A stretch of 64,000 bases of DNA from Basidiobolus meristosporus CBS 931.73 (Eukaryota > Fungi > Basidiobolomycota). Under the pieces are notes generated by a model. It was given only the letters and a program-made list of their open reading frames with translations. It searched no databases and was not told the origin of the DNA. Shown here piece by piece: positions 62,476 through 64,000 of this stretch. Location of the stretch: positions 7,585 through 71,584 of the forward strand of contig MCFE01000459.1 of NCBI GenBank assembly GCA_002104905.1, in the 5' to 3' direction. A program made the translations under genes and the position numbers. Numbering within the stretch: the first letter of the stretch is position 1; every line of letters begins with the position of its first letter.

Positions 62476-64000
62476 CAATACTTGAGCCTATGCCTATTCA
62501 GTCCATATTGATGAACCCCAGACTGTAAACAAGGCCCTAAATAGCCCTCAGACAAAGTTTTGGAGATCTGCAATGACTGAGGAATATCAGGCCCTGATGG
62601 AAAATCAAACTTGGGACTTAGTCAAATTACCAATCAACCAAAAATCAATTGGATGCAGATGGGTCTTCAAGACAAAATACAAGGCTGATGGTACAATTGA
62701 AAGATACAAAGCAAGACTTGTAGACAAAGGATACTCTCAAACAAAAGGACTTGACTATACTGAGACCTTTGCACCGGTAGCCAAGTTTAATTCCATCAGA
62801 TTAATATTGGCTATTGCAGCCAAATATAAGTTTTTTATTCATCAAATGGATGTAAAAACTGCATTTTTGAATGGAGAACTTGATGAGGACGTGTATATGG
62901 ACCAGCCTGATGGGTTTGTTGACCAAGATAACCCACATTTGGTCTGCAAGCTTAAAAAGTCACTATATGGTCTCAAACAATCACCAAGAGCCTGGAATTG
63001 CAAGATAGATTCTTATTTGGAATCTTTGAGTTTCAAAAGGAGTAATGCTGACTATAGTATATACTATAAGCCAGATAGAGCAAATCCAGCTCTATTAGCT
63101 CTATATGTGGATGATCTTATTATAGCCACCAATAACCTAGAAACATTGGAAGAGACTAAATCCAGCCTATCTAAGGAGTTCAAGATGTCCAATCTAGGAG
63201 AACTTAGTTACTACTTAGGGATTAAGTTCTCCATAGACAGAAGTACCCAGACTATCACCCTAAGCCAATCCAAGTATATTCAAGATATACTAAAGAAGTA
63301 CAAAATGGAAGACTGTAAACTGGCAGCTACCCAATGGAGACAAACCTTAACTTGGTCAAAACTCAACCAAATCAAGAGAGCTTGGTGCCATCTGAAAGCC
63401 CTGACTTTCCTTATCAATCTATGGTTGGCAGTCTGATGTATATCATGCTTGGAACACGTCCAGATATCTTCATATTCAGTGGGAGTTGTCAGCCAACATA
63501 ATCAGAACTATGGATCTGATCATATTGCAGCAGTTAAGTAGATTTTTAGATACCTAAAAGGAACTGCTGATATCTGCTTAAGATACACTTATAAGGATTC
63601 AGAACAGGATCTTGTGGGATACTCTGATGCTGATTGGGGACAAAATTTGGAAGACAGAAGATCCACCACAGGATACACCTTTCTTCACTGTAAAGGAGCA
63701 ATTTCATGGAATTCAAGAAAGCAACCAACCGTAGCACTTTCTACTACAGAGGCAGAGTATATGGCAGCCTGTGAAGCTACAAAAGAAGCAATGTGGTTAA
63801 GAAAACTCTTTTACAGATTTAGGCCTATGTCAAAAAGCGCCTATTACTTTATTTCAAGATAATCAAGGATGTATATCAATTAGGTAGAAATCCAACTTTT
63901 CATGCTAGAACCAAGCACATAGATATTAGACATCATTTCATATGTGAAGCTATAGAGAATAACTTAGTTAGCTTAGTGTCATTGTCCTACAGATGAAATG
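62476..64000 (+). pseudogene. Copia B RT-RNase H segment continuing beyond the window
   Basis: ORFs 62573-63436 and 63614-63862; nearly identical to B4 60508-62030, with frameshifts. Confidence 0.93.

Noticed and set aside
1-64000. Many 60-110 aa ORFs antisense or off-frame to gag-pol and transposases
   Set aside because: Shadow frames repeated only because the TE copies are repeated; no independent motifs. No host genes, rRNA or prokaryotic/defence features were seen.

Overview
The window is a densely nested eukaryotic transposable-element cluster with no recognisable host gene; it is most compatible with a TE-rich fungal genome with CpG methylation. At least six families are present. (X) A PHIS/Harbinger-like DNA transposon with AGACTTGTTC TIRs, 3-bp ANT target duplications, a compact DDE transposase and a divergent ~420-aa partner ORF; the best copy is 1937-5367, nested in a sister copy at 1141-9053. 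(G) A Ty3/Gypsy family making 4-bp TSDs; one full-length copy at 13188-18125 has identical LTRs and one 1377-aa ORF, but its integrase has a catalytic D->N change. (A, B) Two Ty1/Copia families with half-tRNA-iMet-type PBS, repeatedly nested in themselves; B forms a multi-level stack from 48.6 kb to the window end. (C) A 1.07-kb TG..CA solo-LTR family, found twice and both times at a CpG-centred 4-bp target. (D) A CACTA/EnSpm family with CCCTATG-type ends and a divergent second ORF. Most copy-to-copy differences are CpG->TpG/CpA. The most striking signals are the CpG-free transposase beside a CpG-rich partner gene in element X, the CpG-centred targets of family C, and the possibly mosaic Gypsy pol. 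All alignments and counts were done by eye.
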